Shown one piece after another: positions 59,801 to 64,000 of a stretch of 64,000 nt of DNA. The notes below the pieces were generated by a model. It saw only the letters and a program-made list of their open reading frames with translations, was not told the origin of the DNA and ran no database searches. Positions within the stretch are counted from its first letter, which is position 1. Every line of letters starts with the position of its first letter. A program made the position numbers and the translations under genes. Origin of the DNA: Octopus sinensis (lineage: Eukaryota); contig NW_021836127.1 of assembly GCF_006345805.1 (NCBI RefSeq), positions 62,001 through 126,000 of the forward strand. The letters are read 5' to 3'.

Positions 59801-59847
59801 TCACCTGCTTTGCCAACTTTGTCGGCGAAGGCTGCACCGACCCACAC
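56832..59847 (-). mobile_element. LINE-B copy 1 (ORF1 remnant plus APE-RT ORF2)
   Basis: LNIISVNARS, VGDLNAKH, IGSDH, AAGLDRI, YRPISLL, QWGFR, DIEKAFDSVWH, GVPQGSVLSP and YADD. Frameshifts are single-base indels. Confidence 0.93.
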
Positions 59848-60370
59848 GAGGGGTATGCATTTGGCCCCTGAGGGGTATGCATTTGGCCCCTGACACTTTT
59901 CTGTTTGTCTTTCGCGCGACGATTCTCCCAAGTCTCTTGTATGGGGTGGAGGCGTGGCACTATTCAAACCAATTCGAAAAAATTTTAAAAAAGTATGAGA
60001 AGATCCGACGCTATGCGTTAAAGCTAGCGTACAGATTGGATCTACGCGCGCCGCTACCCAGCTGGGCAGAGGGGAAATTTCCACTAATCAAGAATGTCAT
60101 CCTCGATTCCATCCGAATCTTTCGTCGGAGGTCTCAGGTGTCCGATCTTTTTGTGGATCGTGTCCGAAACTCAATCAGAGAGTGACTCTAATCAAAGGCC
60201 GGCTCGTATACTCTCTTAGGACGAATCTCGGTAGAGCTCGACTGTCCTTGCAGTCGTCTCGTTTAACCTCGTCCAACCTTTTCACTAAGTCTCTGATTTG
60301 CTTACAATAAAACTTTCCATTCCATTCTGTATCATGGGAAAAAAACATTATAAGTTAAGGGAGTTAAAAA
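59848..60370 (+). mobile_element. LINE-A 3' end, repeat 2, starting with a 22-bp duplication
   Basis: GAGGGGTATGCATTTGGCCCCT at 59848 and 59870, then near identical to 56321-56831. Confidence 0.92.
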
Positions 60371-63300
60371 CTAACTAAGTAGACCTTCGGCATCGCTGCC
60401 TTTTCAGTCTCCATCTCACACACGCCTCCCTACACACAACCACAGGTTAAGACTTACCGCCTTACCTGCCATCCAGAAATAATCTTCTCTAGGACCTCAG
60501 AGAGGCCTTTGAGAGATGATTCCTGGGCGTCGGAGAGCTCAGTCCGGAATCCTAAGCCATAGGCTAGCCTTATGGCTCGTCTTCTTACTTTTTTAAGCAC
60601 GTCAACATGCTTATCCCTGTCCTCATAGAGGGTACCAAGCGTGGACGCCATAGGTCAAGACGGGTAACACCATGGCGTTAAACACGCGGAACCAGGCACC
60701 TCTGCTCAAGCGGAAAGCACGCAACGCACCTAATCGCTGCATTGCACGCATTTTCGTACGTGCAATGTGATCATCAAACTTACCGGACGGCTTAAAGAGC
60801 ACGCCCAAATAAGTCATCCGATCAACTGCAGCGATTGCTGACCCGCTCAGCAATAACCTAGGAACAAATTAGTGTAACCCCTCGTCCTTTTACAGACTTT
60901 AAGGACACTGCACTTGTCCGCGCACATTCTCAGACCCCTACTCCCACACCAGTTTGCAAGTCCATCCACAGCAACCTGAAGCCTACGACACGCACACTCC
61001 GGTTCATTGAGTGATCCCAGAGGATAATGTCGTCTGCATAGATTACCATTTCAGTACGAGCATTGACTGGCATAGGCGCAGTGGCCATAAACACATTGAA
61101 TAGTGTCGGACTGAGCACAGAGCCTGAGGGACCCCGCGAAGGACTGTTGCGACTTTAGAAAAGACCCCCTGATGCCGCACGACCTGCCTGCGAGATTCAA
61201 GAAACCCCGACAGCCAGCGCCTTAGACACGGAGAAACCCCACACGTGGCAAGGGAACTCCGGAGGCCGTCGTGCCACACCGAGTCAAAGGCCTTTTCAAT
61301 GTCGAGACTAACTAAAATACCGCATTCCCTTTTCTGGAGGGCGTTCTTCATACCAGACGACACCTTGTGAAGGCAGTCCCCGCATGAGCGGCCCTCCCTG
61401 AAGCCCCATTGGAACTCAGGGAGGGCGTCTGCAACCATCAGCTCCTCCAGGAGCCTTTGGTGCATAATTCTTTCTAGGATTTTAGATATTGCGGGGAGCA
61501 AGGAAATGGGCCTATATCCCCCGGGGACATCATGTGGCTTCCCGGGCTTTCCGATAAGGATTACCTCAGCCACTTTCCACCTGGAGGGAATCATCCCAAG
61601 TCGCAAGCTCCCGTTAAATAAAACCTTTAGTGCAGTGATTAACCGCGGCGGGGCCTTCTTAAAGATGGCCATCGGGATCCGATCCAAACCCGCCGCGGTG
61701 TTCTTACTTCGGGAGATTGCTGCCAGAATCTCCGCTTCAGTAATTTCGCCTGCATCGTTCCTTGATATGCCCAGCTGGCAGCGCTTGTCCCACGACAATA
61801 TCTGCTGGACAGTATCAAAGGACGATGTCTCTACGAACTGACTTCCGTCAGTTCCCGAGATGCCATTGAGATGGGCTGAAAGTATTTCAACCACCTCAAC
61901 CGGGTCCGAAGCGAGGGTTCCATCAGAGCGTTTAAGGCGCACTGACTTAGCCCCCCTTCTCCCCGACAGGCTCTTCAACTGCTTCCAGAAGTCCGGAAAG
62001 CGAGGGTCCACCCTTCGGCAGGCCCTCTCCCACCGCGAACTTTCGAGTTCGCGGATTTCTCTTCGGATCTCCCTCTGAAGCCGGCTAATCCAGCCACGAA
62101 ACCAAACACGGTTCTCCTCGTAAACGCATTTGTCCCGTAGTCTGGATAGCCGGCGCTTGAACCTAATTTTATTTAAGATCCGGTGAGGGAGCGTGGAATG
62201 TGCCTGACCCTGCACTGAGTTTTGTTTGAAATTATCTCGCATGTAATCAGTCAGGGCAGCATTGATTCCATTATCAAGCGCCTCCAACTCACGTATGTTG
62301 GCGCAGGTATTCCCCACCAGAAGTGAGGGCAACCTGCTGGCCATGAAACTCTCCAGGTTAGCCCAGGAACCCACCCGGAGGTCAAAGTATCCTGGGACCC
62401 TTTGAGGAACTGGCTCACGGAGTTCGTGCAATAGAGGCAGATGGTCGCTCCCAATATCGGACAATAAAATAGTTTTACTAACCCAATTTAGAAGACCGGG
62501 ACTGACCAGAGCAAGCCCTAGCCAGTCACGTCCTCCCCTCGCGTCGACGTGGTTTGGCTCGCTCGAAGTCCGGATTTCCAGCCCGAGGTCTTCAACCAGC
62601 GTCTTCAGAGCCAAACCATGCGAGTTGGTTACCCTGAAACCAAGATCTTGATGCTTGGCATTCAGGTCCCCAACAACCATGGCCTTAGGATGCTTTTCAA
62701 AGAACTCTCGTACGTGCCAGGAGCACGCCGTAAAGTTCTTCGAGTACATCCCACCTAGGTAAAATGTTAACTCGCCTATGCGAATTCTCACTTGGAGGAA
62801 TTCACACAAGCTACATGAACATATACCTGGACTCTGCAAGGCAAGGTAGGGCTTGTAGAAGAGGCTAGTTCCTGTGCCACATATTGACCCCTGTTTCCAG
62901 GGTATGTGACGACAGTTGTAGCCATCAACTACGTACGGACCCCCCTTTACCTTCGTTTCGTTGACCACCAGAATGTCCGCACTCGTGGTGGCCAACATCC
63001 TCTGAACGGCGTCCCTTTTTCCTTCCAAGGAACGCGCGTTCACCGATATGATGTTGAGCATCATATCGGTTTTTCGCCAAGGATCTTCTTGGCCTCGGCA
63101 ACGTTGCAGTGTAGCATTTCCTCTACACTGCAATTCATCTCCCTACAAAATTTTAATAGGGAAACGCATAATTGCACCGCAGGACTAATACTGTCCTGCG
63201 GTACACGCTCGCCAGGGGCTGAGTGCAATGGCATCTCCACGTATGGAGGACGCCTTTTCAGCCCCAGGTTGTGCCGGACGGCGCCGCCGTTAGCCGCCTC

Positions 63301-63391
63301 AGAAGGCATTGCCGGCTTAGGCAACCAAGCGGACTCGGAAGCTTTCACCTGCTTTGCCAACTTTGTCGGCGAAGGCTGCACCGACCCACAC
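60371..63391 (-). mobile_element. LINE-B copy 2
   Basis: 696-aa ORF 61043-63133 (APE plus RT N-terminal half), near identical to copy 1 at an offset of about 3544 bp. Confidence 0.94.
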
Positions 63392-63890
63392 GAGGGGTAT
63401 GCATTTGGCCCCTGAGGGGTATGCATTTGGCCCCTGACACTTTTCTGTTTGTCTTTCGCGCGACGATTCTCCCAAGTCTCTTGTATGGGGTGGAGGCGTG
63501 GCACTATTCAAACCAATTCGAAAAAATTTTAAAAAAGTATGAGAAGATCCGACGCTATGCGTTAAAGCTAGCGTACAGATTGGATCTACGCGCGCCGCTA
63601 CCCAGCTGGGCAGAGGGGAAATTTCCACTAATCAAGAATGTCATCCTCGATTCCATCCGAATCTTTCGTCGGAGGTCTCAGGTGTCCGATCTTTTTGTGG
63701 ATCGTGTCCGAAACTCAATCAGAGAGTGACTCTAATCAAAGGCCGGCTCGTATACTCTCTTAGGACGAATCTCGGTAGAGCTCGACTGTCCTTGCAGTCG
63801 TCTCGTTTAACCTCGTCCAACCTTTTCACTAAGTCTCTGATTTGCTTACAATAAAACTTTCCATTCCATTCTGTATCATGTACCAAAAAA
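63392..63890 (+). mobile_element. LINE-A 3' end, repeat 3
   Basis: Same 22-bp duplication at 63392 and 63414. Diverges from the other copies after CTGTATCATG. Confidence 0.92.
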
Positions 63891-63893
63891 ACA

Positions 63894-64000
63894 TTTATAT
63901 AATAAAAAAGTATCATTCCGAAATTTTGTTGAGTAATCCAAAAAATATCATTCCGAAATTTTTGTAGTTGACGGGATGTCCCTTTTCCCATTTGAGAGCG
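63894..64000 (+). repeat. CRE-associated repeat matching 41430-41500
   Basis: TTTATATAATAAAAAAGTATCATTCC(G/A)AAATTTT..GTTGACG(G/A)GATG(T/A)CCCTTTTCCCATTTGAGAGCG, with a short internal duplication. Confidence 0.85.

Noticed and set aside
59679-60185. 168-aa plus-strand ORF (also 63223-63729) as a novel gene
   Set aside because: It is antisense LINE-B sequence read through the 22-bp duplication into the LINE-A C-terminus.
1-64000. Bacterial or microsporidian origin
   Set aside because: Intron-rich metazoan genes (LIN7, TAO kinase, GCNT, SLC7) argue for an animal, and no operons, rRNA or tRNA genes are recognisable.

Overview
Very AT-rich animal genomic DNA. Its genes are compact and carry spliceosomal micro-introns of about 19-35 nt, as in highly reduced parasites; Myxozoa is my best guess, and a dicyemid or orthonectid is also possible (inference). 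Recognisable host genes are RPL7, a GT14 core-2/I-branching GlcNAc-transferase, an SLC7 amino-acid transporter, LIN7, a TAO kinase, one uncharacterised Lys/Asn-rich gene and two spliced orphan single-pass membrane proteins. The rest is a dense, nested set of transposons: hAT/Buster, a ZNF862-like hAT, Tc1, Tigger, Helitron, Ginger-like integrases, and RTE, CRE-like, R4/NeSL-like and Jockey/I-like non-LTR elements. The standout is an uninterrupted 294-codon intronless ORF at 40554-41438 that aligns without gaps to the conserved core of rhabdovirus nucleoprotein N, i.e. an endogenous negative-strand RNA virus element. Also notable: young hAT transposases carry host-type micro-introns, and a 3544-bp tandem unit has one LINE bracketed by LTR-like direct repeats made from another LINE's 3' end. 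Many frameshifts are single-base homopolymer indels and are probably assembly errors. All family assignments come from motif recognition and recalled reference sequences, not from database searches.
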